Assembly (NCBI GenBank): GCA_963699755.1
Contig: CAVOVB010000002.1
Span: forward strand, 640,001-704,000
Reading direction: 5' to 3'
From: an uncultured delta proteobacterium
GTDB lineage: Bacteria > Myxococcota_A > Polyangia > Polyangiales > Houyiibacteriaceae
Length of the DNA: 64,000 bases
The first letter of the stretch is position 1; every line of letters starts with the position of its first letter. The position numbers were made by a program, and so were the translations under genes. The notes under the pieces were generated by a model, which had not been told where the DNA came from, ran no database searches, and worked only from the letters and a program-made list of their open reading frames with translations. This document shows positions 10,586 through 19,968 of the stretch, one piece after another.

Positions 10586-11236
10586 ATGGGCGCGCGACGG
10601 TTGGCGGCACTGGGACTGGCAGCTCTGATCGTGGGTACGACGGTGCCGGCTCGTGCCGATATCTACCTTTGCAGGCGCGGCGACGGGACGGAGCACTACA
10701 CGAACCTCCGGCAGCCCGGCCGCCGCTGCCAGCTCGTCGTCCGCAGCAGCAGGAAGGCCAAGCCGCAACGGGGCGCCCGCAATGAGAGCGCCACCGCCAA
10801 AGCGACGAGCGGCACCCGGAGCAAGGACCCCGCTCGCTACAACCGCTACGACCGCTTGATCGAGGAGGCGGCGCATTTGTATCAGCTCCCCCATGCATTC
10901 ATTCGAGCCGTCATGAGGGTCGAGAGCGATTTCAATCCCACGGTGGTCAGTCGAGCGGGCGCGATGGGCCTGATGCAACTGATGCCGCTGACCGCGCGCT
11001 CGATGGGCGTGTTCGACCCGTTCGACCCTCGCCAGAACATCCTCGCCGGGGCGCGTTATCTACGCATCCTCGCAAATCGATTCAAGGGCGACTTGGTACT
11101 GACTGTGGCTGCGTACAACGCTGGAGAAGGCGCGGTCGATAAGTACGAGGGTATCCCTCCCTACAAAGAGACGCAGCGCTATGTTCGCCGAGTGCTCAAG
11201 CACTACTACGCATACCGCGGCGGAAGCACCCCTTAG
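10586..11236 (+). CDS. Lytic transglycosylase (SLT domain) with small N-terminal DUF4124-like domain
   Basis: Signal peptide; VES (catalytic Glu), GAMGLMQLMP, AAYNAG. ATG 10586 preferred; ORF open from 10553. Confidence 0.92.
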   Translation: MGARRLAALGLAALIVGTTVPARADIYLCRRGDGTEHYTNLRQPGRRCQLVVRSSRKAKPQRGARNESATAKATSGTRSKDPARYNRYDRLIEEAAHLYQLPHAFIRAVMRVESDFNPTVVSRAGAMGLMQLMPLTARSMGVFDPFDPRQNILAGARYLRILANRFKGDLVLTVAAYNAGEGAVDKYEGIPPYKETQRYVRRVLKHYYAYRGGSTP

Positions 11237-11239
11237 CTG

Positions 11240-12145
11240 ATGGCTCTTGTGCTCATCGTCGCAGTCCTGGTGGGCATGGCGGCTCCGCTGATCCGAGGCT
11301 GGATCTGGGGTGTTCCGTTCAGCCTCCTGTCGGTCGCCACGGCCATCAAGTCGTTTTTTGGGTCGGCTTTGGCTACGATCGTCGTCGGCATTGCGGCGCT
11401 GTTCGCCCTCAGCACGACACCCATGGATCAGGCAGAGATCGACTGGGTTGCCGCCTCGATCGGAGGCGCGATCGCGCTGTTCTTGTTGCTCAGCTCGGCG
11501 CAACGCTTTCGGGACGTTCGCGGGCTTTCGATTCTCTGCCAACGTTTGCAGGAAGAGGACGTGAGGTCGACCGCGGCACGGGCTCTCGAACGGCTTCTCA
11601 ACCGGGTCCGACGTCACGACGCGCAGCGCTACGTCGCACTGGTACTCATGGCGACGGGACCGCTGACTCAGGCCGGCATGTGGGCCGAAGCTCGAGAGCG
11701 CTTACAGAAATTGGACGAAGTTGCCCTCTCCGGGGCGCAGGCGGTTCTTCGGGATCAGGCCCTCGCGACCTGCGAGCTGCAGTTCGACGACCCGGAGGCC
11801 GCCCAGCGTGTCATCGATCGGATCGAGAGGCCGACGGAACCTTCGATCGAGGTCTGGCTGATTGCGATGGAGGCTCTACTGATGGCCGTTCGAGGCGAGT
11901 CGGAAAAGGCGCTCGCGCACCTGGGGGCGCAGAGCGGGGACGACAACCCTTCGCTTCGCGCCTCGCATCGCCTCGTCCATGCTCACATTCTTGCTGGACG
12001 CGGACAAACCGAGGACGCGCTCGAGGAGCTGCGTTCGCTGCGACTCGAGGCAGGTCGTGCGGGCCTCGAGCGCGTCATGTTGCCGCGAGGGCCTGCAAGC
12101 ACGCTCGCCGAGCTGTTGTTGAACGAAGCCGATCAGTCCGGCTGA
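11240..12145 (+). CDS. Hypothetical membrane protein with helical soluble domain
   Basis: N-terminal TM helices followed by Ala/Leu-rich helical region; starts 3 bp after the SLT gene. Confidence 0.7.
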   Translation: MALVLIVAVLVGMAAPLIRGWIWGVPFSLLSVATAIKSFFGSALATIVVGIAALFALSTTPMDQAEIDWVAASIGGAIALFLLLSSAQRFRDVRGLSILCQRLQEEDVRSTAARALERLLNRVRRHDAQRYVALVLMATGPLTQAGMWAEARERLQKLDEVALSGAQAVLRDQALATCELQFDDPEAAQRVIDRIERPTEPSIEVWLIAMEALLMAVRGESEKALAHLGAQSGDDNPSLRASHRLVHAHILAGRGQTEDALEELRSLRLEAGRAGLERVMLPRGPASTLAELLLNEADQSG

Positions 12146-13455
12146 AAGATGACTTGCTGGGTCGGGTCGTCATCGTAGAACTGCCCAAAGCGGTCGAAGG
12201 TGATGGCTCCAAAGGTGTTGACCGCGATGGAAAACGCTGCACAGCACATAAACGCGACGCCGAACCTCCTCCTGCTCAGCGCGATGAGGACGAAGAGAAG
12301 CGGCAGATAGTCGAGCGAGAACCGATACCCGAACTGGATCCAGCCGGTGTTTTGATAGAGCAGCGTGCAGATCGCAGTGGGCAGGACGGCCGCCCAGAGT
12401 GCCAGGAACGTCCTGTCGAGCTTCTCCGGCCAAAGGCTCCAAAGCAAGTTTGGGCTGCTGAACCAGAGCGCGAGCCCGTGCCTGCTGATGCGAACGAACG
12501 GGCTCGATGGCATGAGCCACGGCAACGATAGGAAGAAGACGGTGAGATTTCTCGGCAGATAGTGCGTGCTGAACAGGCCCCAGGTTTCGATTCTCGGCCG
12601 CCAACGGATTTGCAGGAAGCGATGCCCGAACTCGAAAGGGTCGGCAAAGCGGGCCGCGTTGTGCCAGATCGTGGCGGCGATGATCAGCGCGAGCGGCAGC
12701 ACGAACATCGTGCCCGCGCGCAGGCAATAAGATTCCGATCCCGATGATTGCCGCCCTTCTTCTTTGCCTGCGCGGACCGCTTGGAGCAGGAAGAAGGGGG
12801 CGAGCAGGAGTGTCGCGGGGCGGCAGAGGAACGCGAGCCCGAGCGACAACCCAGCTGCGCCGGGGCGGCGCGCACCGAAGGAGAAGAGCAAATACAGACA
12901 GACGAAGGCCGTAGCCACGACGTGGGCCGCGAACCAGACGGTCCCCTGGACCGCGACGAAGTAGTAGACCGACCCCAGAGCAAAGAGAGCGGTCACCAAC
13001 AAGTCGTCCCGCGCGCTGCGTTCGCTCTGCCCGGACTCGCGAAGGTAGCGCAAGACCACGAAGAGCAGCATTGGCCCCAGGCCCGCGAAAAGGGCCCAGA
13101 ACAGCGCGTCCAAGGTGCCTAGGCCAAAGATCGCCACGAGAGGCAGCAAGAGCAGCGCGGGCAAGGGCGGAAAGGACACGTACCAACGGTATCGCTCCGC
13201 ATCGGGTCCGGAGAACGAATAGCGTCCCTCGGGACAGGGCCCTCGATCGACCGCGTCGAAGCAGGCCCAATCATTCGTCCCGGGGGGCTTGGCGCCGATG
13301 TCGAGGCGACCTTGCAACCATGCCTGGGCAAGATGGACGTAGTGACTATCTGTCGAAGGGCGGAGCAGTCGTTGCGCCGAGGTCGCACAGTAGACCCCGG
13401 AGCCGAGGACGAAAATCACCAGTGGAAGCACCCACCGTCTTTCCCCAAGCGACAC
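12133..13455 (-). CDS. Polytopic membrane protein, GT-C-fold glycosyltransferase-like
   Basis: About 10 TM helices, periplasmic loop after TM1 with Asp residues, FPPLP, FLCRP, GYRFSLDY. GTG 13455 follows a TATGCT box; ORF open to 13500. Confidence 0.6.
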   Translation of the reverse strand: MSLGERRWVLPLVIFVLGSGVYCATSAQRLLRPSTDSHYVHLAQAWLQGRLDIGAKPPGTNDWACFDAVDRGPCPEGRYSFSGPDAERYRWYVSFPPLPALLLLPLVAIFGLGTLDALFWALFAGLGPMLLFVVLRYLRESGQSERSARDDLLVTALFALGSVYYFVAVQGTVWFAAHVVATAFVCLYLLFSFGARRPGAAGLSLGLAFLCRPATLLLAPFFLLQAVRAGKEEGRQSSGSESYCLRAGTMFVLPLALIIAATIWHNAARFADPFEFGHRFLQIRWRPRIETWGLFSTHYLPRNLTVFFLSLPWLMPSSPFVRISRHGLALWFSSPNLLWSLWPEKLDRTFLALWAAVLPTAICTLLYQNTGWIQFGYRFSLDYLPLLFVLIALSRRRFGVAFMCCAAFSIAVNTFGAITFDRFGQFYDDDPTQQVIFQPD

Positions 13456-13559
13456 TGCGGCAGCATAACCGGCCGCAGGGGCCAGCTGAAGTTTGTCCAC
13501 CTTGACGCGGAGAAAACGCCGCTCTAGAGCCTTGCGGTTCTATGGAACGGGAGGTTTGG

Positions 13560-14666
13560 ATGGGGTCCCCGACCCTCGATGCAGTCACCAAGGCCCTTCG
13601 CGACGTCGAAGATCCCATTTTTCAAAAATCCCTCGGCGCCCTCGGGACGCTTCTCGACGCACGTCTCGAAGATGGTCGAGTCTGGGCCAAGGTCCGGCTG
13701 AGCTCTCCGTCGGAGGAAGTCCGGCAGACGATCAGCCGGCGTATCGATGCCGCACTCGAGCCACTCGGAGTCGAGTTCGTCGAGCTGGAGATCGAGGTGA
13801 ACGTGCCCACGCGCGAAGCGACGAGCACCGATCCGATTCCCGACGTGCGCAATGTGATCCTAGTGATGAGCGGCAAGGGCGGCGTGGGCAAGAGCACGGT
13901 CGCGACGAATCTCGCGCTCGCGCTACGGCGACTCGGCACACGCGTGGGTCTCCTCGACGCCGACATCTACGGCCCATCGCTCCCGACCATGCTCGGCATC
14001 GAAGGCCAGCCGACTTCCAAGGACGGCAAACGGATCCAGCCTCTTCAGCGCTTTGGCATCAAGCTGATGAGCATTGGCTTCCTACTCGAAGACCCGAAAC
14101 AGGCGATCGTCTGGCGAGGACCGATGCTCCACGGCGCCCTTCAGCAGTTCGTGACCGACGTGGACTGGGGAGGGCTGGACTACCTCATCATCGACTCGCC
14201 GCCGGGAACTGGTGACGTTGCCCTGACGCTGGCACAGAAGCTCCAAATCACGGGGGCGATTATCGTGACAACGCCCCAGGAGGTGGCGCTTCAGGACGTC
14301 TACAAGTCAGTATCGATGTGCCAGAAGCTCAACGTGCCGATTCTGGGCGTGGTCGAAAACATGAGCCATTTCATCGACAGTGCCGGCGTGAAGCACGAGC
14401 TCTTCGGCAGTGGCGGCGGAGAAAAGATTGCGGAGTTCGCCGGAGCCCCCCTCTTTGGTCAGGTGCCGATCGACAGCCTGGTGCGGGAATGGGGAGACCT
14501 GGGAACACCGATCGTTCAGGCCGCCCCCGCATCCGCGGCCGGCCAAGCGTTCGCGGCGGTGGCGGACGCGCTCGCCGAATGCATCGCCAAGGCGCACTTC
14601 GACCGGGGCGGGGGAGAAACCGCGCCCGAGGGCGAAGGTCCCAAGAGACTGCGCATCCTTCGCTGA
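13560..14666 (+). CDS. mrp: Mrp/ApbC/NBP35 family P-loop ATPase
   Basis: N-terminal DUF59-like domain, SGKGGVGKS, DADIYGPS, WRGPM, DSPPGTGD, VENMS; GGAGG upstream of ATG 13560. Confidence 0.93.
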   Translation: MGSPTLDAVTKALRDVEDPIFQKSLGALGTLLDARLEDGRVWAKVRLSSPSEEVRQTISRRIDAALEPLGVEFVELEIEVNVPTREATSTDPIPDVRNVILVMSGKGGVGKSTVATNLALALRRLGTRVGLLDADIYGPSLPTMLGIEGQPTSKDGKRIQPLQRFGIKLMSIGFLLEDPKQAIVWRGPMLHGALQQFVTDVDWGGLDYLIIDSPPGTGDVALTLAQKLQITGAIIVTTPQEVALQDVYKSVSMCQKLNVPILGVVENMSHFIDSAGVKHELFGSGGGEKIAEFAGAPLFGQVPIDSLVREWGDLGTPIVQAAPASAAGQAFAAVADALAECIAKAHFDRGGGETAPEGEGPKRLRILR

Positions 14667-14681
14667 GCTATAGGTGTCCCA

Positions 14682-16031
14682 GTGGACCTCTTCGAGCGAC
14701 AAGCGGAACCGAGCTCTCCTCTGGCGGACCGTATGCGGCCCCAGCGCCTCGAGGATGTGGTGGGCCAGGCCCACCTGCTCGGCGACGGTCACATCCTGGC
14801 CCGCGCGATTCGCGCCGATCGCATTCCCTCGATGATCCTCTGGGGACCACCGGGTACCGGCAAGACCACACTCGCCCATGTGATTGCGAATGAGACACAC
14901 TCGCTGTTCGTGCCGTTCAGCGCGGTGCTCGGCGGCGTGCCGGAGCTTCGAAAGATCATCGCCGCCGCCAAGGAGCAGAAGAGCTATTACGGCAAGAAGA
15001 CGATTCTGTTCATCGACGAGATCCACCGATTCAACAAGGCGCAGCAGGACGCCCTCCTCCCGCACGTGGAGAACGGAACCGTGACCTTGATCGGTGCGAC
15101 CACGGAAAATCCGTCCTTCGCCGTCAACTCGGCGTTGTTGTCTCGCGCTCGCGTCTTCGATTTGAAGCCGCTCGAGGCAGTCGACTTGCGCCAGCTGCTC
15201 GAGCGCGCCCTCACGGACCAAGCGCATGGCATTGGGCCGATCCCCCACTCGGTCGACGACGATGCGCTCGCGGCGATTTCTCAGAACGCCCGGGGCGACG
15301 CTCGCCGCGCCTTGTCCGCCCTCGAGCTGGCCAGCGATTTCGCCCGATCTGCCGGCGTTGAAGCGCTCACCGTGGCGATGGTCCAGGAGGCCTTGGCGAC
15401 CCAGACGCTGCTCTATGACAAGTCCGGGGAAGAGCACTACAACGTCATCAGCGCGTTCATCAAGTCGATGCGGGGAACCGATCCGGACGCGTCGGTCTAT
15501 TGGCTGATGCGCATGCTCGAGGCCGGCGAAGACCCGCTTTTCGTCCTTCGACGGATGCTGATCTTCGCAAGCGAGGACATCGGAAACGCGGATCCTCGCG
15601 CGTTGGAGGTCGCGGTCAGCGCGGATGCCGCGTTTCGGCGCTTGGGAATGCCCGAAGGCATCTTCCCGATTGCGCAGTGCTGCACTTATCTGGCCAGCGC
15701 ACCGAAGAGCAACGCGAGCTACAAAGCGTGGCAGATGGCCCAAGCAGACGTAAGGGAGCACGGGGCCCTGCCGGTACCGCTGAAGCTCCGCAACGCGCCC
15801 ACTGAGGCAATGAAGTCGTGGGGATATGGCGACGGCTACCGATATCCACACGACGAAAGCGGTTTCAGCGCCGAGGAGGCCTATCTTCCGGACGCTCTGG
15901 TCGACCGCAAGTACTACCGCCCGACGGACCAGGGGTTCGAGGCCCGCATCGCTGAGCGGCTGAACGAGCTCGCCGACGCGACTAAGCCGAAGGGGCGCGG
16001 GTCGGGCGGGCCCCGGGGAGGAAAACCCTGA
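14682..16031 (+). CDS. rarA: Replication-associated recombination protein A (MgsA/RarA)
   Basis: PLADRMRP, GPPGTGKTT, FIDEIHRFNKAQQD, GATTENPSF, SEDIGNADP, VPLKLRNAPT. Confidence 0.97.
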   Translation: MDLFERQAEPSSPLADRMRPQRLEDVVGQAHLLGDGHILARAIRADRIPSMILWGPPGTGKTTLAHVIANETHSLFVPFSAVLGGVPELRKIIAAAKEQKSYYGKKTILFIDEIHRFNKAQQDALLPHVENGTVTLIGATTENPSFAVNSALLSRARVFDLKPLEAVDLRQLLERALTDQAHGIGPIPHSVDDDALAAISQNARGDARRALSALELASDFARSAGVEALTVAMVQEALATQTLLYDKSGEEHYNVISAFIKSMRGTDPDASVYWLMRMLEAGEDPLFVLRRMLIFASEDIGNADPRALEVAVSADAAFRRLGMPEGIFPIAQCCTYLASAPKSNASYKAWQMAQADVREHGALPVPLKLRNAPTEAMKSWGYGDGYRYPHDESGFSAEEAYLPDALVDRKYYRPTDQGFEARIAERLNELADATKPKGRGSGGPRGGKP

Positions 16032-16689
16032 AAATCGCGGCACCCTTTTTCCCGTCGGCCTCGATGGTGCCGCCCACACCGTCCAGCACTACAGCTGCCG
16101 CAAAGAGCCCGACGAAGCGGCTGTAGCGACCGTCGAGTCGGCCCTTCAGCGCTTTTTGTCCCGCGAGCGTGAACGCTGCTTCTCGAAGCTCTGGGGCGAT
16201 GGCTTCCCCGGTGTCCTCGACTTCAATCACTACGCGGGCGCCCCGCTGGTAGACCCGGACGGTCGCGCGTGGGTCGGCTACGTTGGCGAGCGTGTTGTAG
16301 AGGAGTAGCTCGACGACCTCGACGGCAACCTGTGCACCGTGAGCGTATAGCTGATCGTCCCTGGCGATCTCGACGGTCACCGGAACAGGTGTGTCTTCTC
16401 GCTCCAGCCGTTCCAAGAACACACCAACATCTCCGTTGGCGGCCTCCAGCGGAACCTGCCCCGTGAGCCAACGGCTGATCCAAGCGAGCATGTCGAGGCC
16501 TCGACGCAATTCACCTACGCCGAGCCTCACGTCTTGCAAGGCTTCGACCGAGTCGTCGTCCGCTAGGCCAACCTCTTGGAGGAAATCCACGTTGGCGCTG
16601 ATCGTAGCAGCAGGGTTGCGTAAGTCGTGAACGAGGAGCCCCAAAAGATGACCCAGATCATCCGCATCGATCTCATTGGGCTTCGCCAC
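15982..16689 (-). CDS. Sensorless histidine-kinase-like protein (HisKA + divergent HATPase)
   Basis: H-box LVHDLRNP at the very N-terminus, EDTGEAI, degenerate G2 (RFVGLF); no TM or sensor domain. Confidence 0.72.
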   Translation of the reverse strand: MAKPNEIDADDLGHLLGLLVHDLRNPAATISANVDFLQEVGLADDDSVEALQDVRLGVGELRRGLDMLAWISRWLTGQVPLEAANGDVGVFLERLEREDTPVPVTVEIARDDQLYAHGAQVAVEVVELLLYNTLANVADPRATVRVYQRGARVVIEVEDTGEAIAPELREAAFTLAGQKALKGRLDGRYSRFVGLFAAAVVLDGVGGTIEADGKKGAAIFRVFLPGARPTRAPSA

Positions 16690-16715
16690 CTGTTGCCCTT
16701 ACCACGGGGCGTAAC

Positions 16716-17675
16716 TCAAGGGAAGAAGAGCACCTCAGCCTCGCCGTGTGCTTCGATCAGCGCAGCAATGTAGGAGAGAATCGTGCCTTTGCGGTCCAGA
16801 ACCTCGGCGATTTGGGCATCGCTCAGCAAGGGATGCGACTGTTGACTCGGGTCTTTGGCTAGCTCATTGCGAATCGAAGCCTCGTCGAGGGCTTCCAAGC
16901 GGCGAACCAGCTCTCGGGAGAAGCGCTTGGTAGCGGTGAAGCCTTCGAGCAGCGTCTCGTAGCGCCTCGCCGGCAGCGGCGTCGAGAACGCCCGGTCGTT
17001 GTCCCGCAAGAAGGCTCGTTGCCGTTTGCTATCCGTGGGCAGGTTCCCGCCGCTGAACCGATCCCAATTTCCGATGAGCAAGTCGAACACGGTCATCGTC
17101 GAGAGGTCGCGCGCGAGCGCCGCCTTACCCTCGGGAACGTCTCCGTCTCCAAGCCAGCTCCGCCAGCTCGCCGTGTTTTCGAGCCGAAGCGATCTAAGGC
17201 CCTTGATCCAGTAGACGGCGGCGCCGGGCGCCGAGCCATCCTCGTCCCACAAAATCGCACGTCGAATCGACGCACGCCGATCGAGCATGTCTTCATGGAA
17301 ACGGTGGCTGATTTCCTTCCAGGTTGCGCGACGAAAAATGGCAGGCGGGACATTGTCGAGGCCCAGCAACCGGCTGATCCTGTACGCAGCGATCTCGTAT
17401 CGATAGCCATCTTGGATCGCTCGGCTGCTGACCCTCAAGGCCGCGGTCATCCGCGCGACGGTACGCATCCTGAGGACGACCGAGCTGTGACCCACGGGCT
17501 TGAAGCTCCGCGAGTCGGCCGTCGAGATGACCTCGAGGATCTCGTCTTGCTCGAGCTCGGTGCCGACGAAGCGGGGCGGCGGACCGAGCTCGGCGCTTGC
17601 TACCGAGCCCAGCCATGCGAACACCGCCGACGCCAGCGCAACGCTAGCGGACGCCCGCAAACAGGTTCTTGGCAA
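16716..17675 (-). CDS. Putative secreted atypical kinase (Fam20/Four-jointed/PI3-4-kinase-like fold)
   Basis: Signal-peptide-like N-terminus; EIAAYRISRLLGLDNVP, FDLLIGNWDRF, LRDNDRAF. Start uncertain (overlaps the upstream stop). Confidence 0.65.
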   Translation of the reverse strand: MPRTCLRASASVALASAVFAWLGSVASAELGPPPRFVGTELEQDEILEVISTADSRSFKPVGHSSVVLRMRTVARMTAALRVSSRAIQDGYRYEIAAYRISRLLGLDNVPPAIFRRATWKEISHRFHEDMLDRRASIRRAILWDEDGSAPGAAVYWIKGLRSLRLENTASWRSWLGDGDVPEGKAALARDLSTMTVFDLLIGNWDRFSGGNLPTDSKRQRAFLRDNDRAFSTPLPARRYETLLEGFTATKRFSRELVRRLEALDEASIRNELAKDPSQQSHPLLSDAQIAEVLDRKGTILSYIAALIEAHGEAEVLFFP

Positions 17676-18792
17676 TGACCATCCGTTGGATCTGGGAAGT
17701 GCCCTCGTAAATCTGAAGGATCTTCGCGTCGCGCATCAGCTTCTCTACTGGGTACTCGGTGATGTAGCCATTGCCACCAAAGACTTGAACCGCATCGGTC
17801 GCGACTTGCATTGCACTGTCTGCACCGAACGCCTTGCTGTACGATGCCACGAGCGAGTTTCGGCCACCCTGGTCGATCTGCCAGGCGGCCTTCCAGACGA
17901 GAAGTCGGGTCGCCTCGTACTTGATGCCCATCTCTGCAATCATGGCCTGAACCATTTGATGTTCGGCGATTGGAACGCCAAACGTTTTTCGCTCGAGCGC
18001 ATAGGCGATCGATTCTTCGAGGGCGCGCCGCATGAGACCGCAAGCGCCGGCACCGATGTCTGGTCGAGTACGGTCGAAGGTCTGCATCGCCAGCTTGAAT
18101 CCGTGCCCTGGTTCAGCGAGCACGTTGTCTGATGAGACGCGGACGTCTTCGAAGTTGACGACGGCGGTGTTGCTGGCACGCTGGCCGAGCTTGTCTTCGG
18201 TCTTTCCTATGGTGACGCCGTTCGCATCTCGGTCGACGACGAACCCCATGATGCCGCCGTGACGGAGTGACGGGTCGACCGTTGCGAACACCACGTACCA
18301 ACTGGCCCAGGCGGCGTTGGTGATGTAGACCTTTTCTCCATTAATGATCCAGTCATTGCCATCTTTGCGGCAGCGCGTTTGAATCCCCGCGGAATCGCTT
18401 CCCGCGACGGATTCCGTGATCGCATACGATGCGAAGATGGGCTCCGAGGTCAGCATCCCGAGGTACTTCTTCTTCTGGGCTTCGTTGCCAGCGATGAGCA
18501 GCGGCGTGGCGGCCAGCACGTTCGCGGTCATGCTGGTCTGAATGCCGGTGCAGCCGAACGCGAGCTCTTCGGTGAGAAGCACATGGTCGACTTCACCCAT
18601 CCCTGCGCCGCCATACGCTTCTGGAATGTTCGGCCCGACGAAGCCGAGCTCCCAGGCCTCTTTGAAGACGTCCATTGGGAACTCGTGGTTCTTGTCCGCC
18701 TCGGCGGCGACGGGGATGATCTTCTCGCGGGTGAAGCGGCGGGCTTCCTCCACAAGGGCTTTTTGTTCGGGGGTCAACTCGAAATCCAACAT
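17644..18792 (-). CDS. Acyl-CoA dehydrogenase
   Basis: YAITESVAGSD, INGEKVYITN, KLGQRAS, AVQVFGGNGY, QIYEGTSQIQR. Confidence 0.97.
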   Translation of the reverse strand: MLDFELTPEQKALVEEARRFTREKIIPVAAEADKNHEFPMDVFKEAWELGFVGPNIPEAYGGAGMGEVDHVLLTEELAFGCTGIQTSMTANVLAATPLLIAGNEAQKKKYLGMLTSEPIFASYAITESVAGSDSAGIQTRCRKDGNDWIINGEKVYITNAAWASWYVVFATVDPSLRHGGIMGFVVDRDANGVTIGKTEDKLGQRASNTAVVNFEDVRVSSDNVLAEPGHGFKLAMQTFDRTRPDIGAGACGLMRRALEESIAYALERKTFGVPIAEHQMVQAMIAEMGIKYEATRLLVWKAAWQIDQGGRNSLVASYSKAFGADSAMQVATDAVQVFGGNGYITEYPVEKLMRDAKILQIYEGTSQIQRMVIAKNLFAGVR

Positions 18793-18807
18793 GTTGCTAC
18801 CTCTCGA

Positions 18808-18936
18808 TCAGCGGCGTCGTTCTTGCTCGCGACGCTCCAGCTCGGCTCTCACGGCCCTAGCTCCCATTCGAAACCCGAGCGCAAAGCCGATCAGCAATAT
18901 GCCCGGAATGTAGATGATATGGCCGATGGATGGCAT
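18808..18936 (-). CDS. Small 42-aa single-TM protein
   Basis: Not in ORF track: MPSIGHIIYIPGILLIGFALGFRMGARAVRAELERREQERRR. ATG overlaps the upstream TGA (TGATG) and the ORF fills the gap before the acyl-CoA dehydrogenase. Confidence 0.7.
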   Translation of the reverse strand: MPSIGHIIYIPGILLIGFALGFRMGARAVRAELERREQERRR

Positions 18937-19259
18937 CAGCTGCCACCGCTTGCTCGAATCTCGGCACTGAGCCGCTCCAGCTCCTCCGCCGTGTGGCGCT
19001 GCAGGCCGCGCATACGCATCAGAAACAGAAAGAGGAGCACCCAGACGATCGCATAGGCCCCCAACATGAGCGCACCGCCGGGAACGCTCTCCGCTTCGGG
19101 CCCGCTCACGCCGACAAACTGAGCGGCCCGCTCTTCGGCAGCGTCTTTGTACACCTCGGCGGCCGCAAGGTCTGGTTCGGCCGATGGCTCTTGCGCGAGA
19201 GTCAACGGAGCGATGAGCATCGTGAATCCAAACACGAATCGGGCGATCAGATCTCGCAT
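18936..19259 (-). CDS. CcmD-like heme exporter accessory protein with N-terminal extension
   Basis: AYAIVWVLLFLFL TM helix plus charged coiled tail, directly after ccmC. Confidence 0.65.
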   Translation of the reverse strand: MRDLIARFVFGFTMLIAPLTLAQEPSAEPDLAAAEVYKDAAEERAAQFVGVSGPEAESVPGGALMLGAYAIVWVLLFLFLMRMRGLQRHTAEELERLSAEIRASGGS

Positions 19260-19269
19260 GTCAATTCCT

Positions 19270-19968
19270 TCATCGGTGCATCAACTCGAATCGTAGTCGG
19301 GCGGTTTCTTCTCGTTGGCGTTCCGCCGAGGCACGTGCCCAAATCAAGAGCACCGCTAGGCCTGTGAACGCGATGAAGCTGAGGCCGAGCGCCCAGTACA
19401 TCTCAGACTCGAGCCCGCCGCCTTTGCCAGTAATCACGGTCGGGTGCACACCTCTCCAACGTTGAACGCTGTAGTGAATCAGCGGCAGGTCCACGAGCCC
19501 GAAGAGCGCCAAGCCGGCGGCGAAGCGCTTCTCGACCTCCCCTGCGTTGCCCATCGAGCGAAGCGACAAGTACGCCGCGAAGATCATGCCGGCCAATAGC
19601 GTAGTCGTGAGGCGGGGATCCCAGGTCCACCACACGCCCCAGGCCTTTCGCGCCCAGAGTGGGCCGGTGAGCAGAACGATCAGACAGAAGAGCATGCCCA
19701 CTTCAGCTCCAGCGACCGCCAGGGCGTCCCACTTCGGGTCGCGCCTGAGCAGGTAAACGGCGCTGCCGACCGCTGAAACGGCGAAGCCGATGTACATCGC
19801 GTAGGCGCTCGGCACATGGAAATAGAAAATCTTCTGCACGATGCCCATCTTTTGCTCGACGGGGGCAACGACGAAAATCGTGTAGAGGGTCACCGCGAAG
19901 AGCGCCAGGGTTGCGAACAAAATCAGCGACCAAACGGTCGAGCTACCGGATTGACGTGCACCACTCAT
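19270..19968 (-). CDS. ccmC: Cytochrome c biogenesis heme-delivery protein CcmC
   Basis: IFYFHVP, WWD motif TGPLWARKAWGVWWTWDPRLT, SVQRWRGVHP. Confidence 0.93.
   Translation of the reverse strand: MSGARQSGSSTVWSLILFATLALFAVTLYTIFVVAPVEQKMGIVQKIFYFHVPSAYAMYIGFAVSAVGSAVYLLRRDPKWDALAVAGAEVGMLFCLIVLLTGPLWARKAWGVWWTWDPRLTTTLLAGMIFAAYLSLRSMGNAGEVEKRFAAGLALFGLVDLPLIHYSVQRWRGVHPTVITGKGGGLESEMYWALGLSFIAFTGLAVLLIWARASAERQREETARLRFELMHR

Noticed and set aside
14307..16079. 590-aa minus-strand ORF and similar long antisense ORFs (21082-22386, 37356-38327, 57068-58330, 62480-63598)
   Set aside because: All lie opposite well-supported genes and lack protein-family features.
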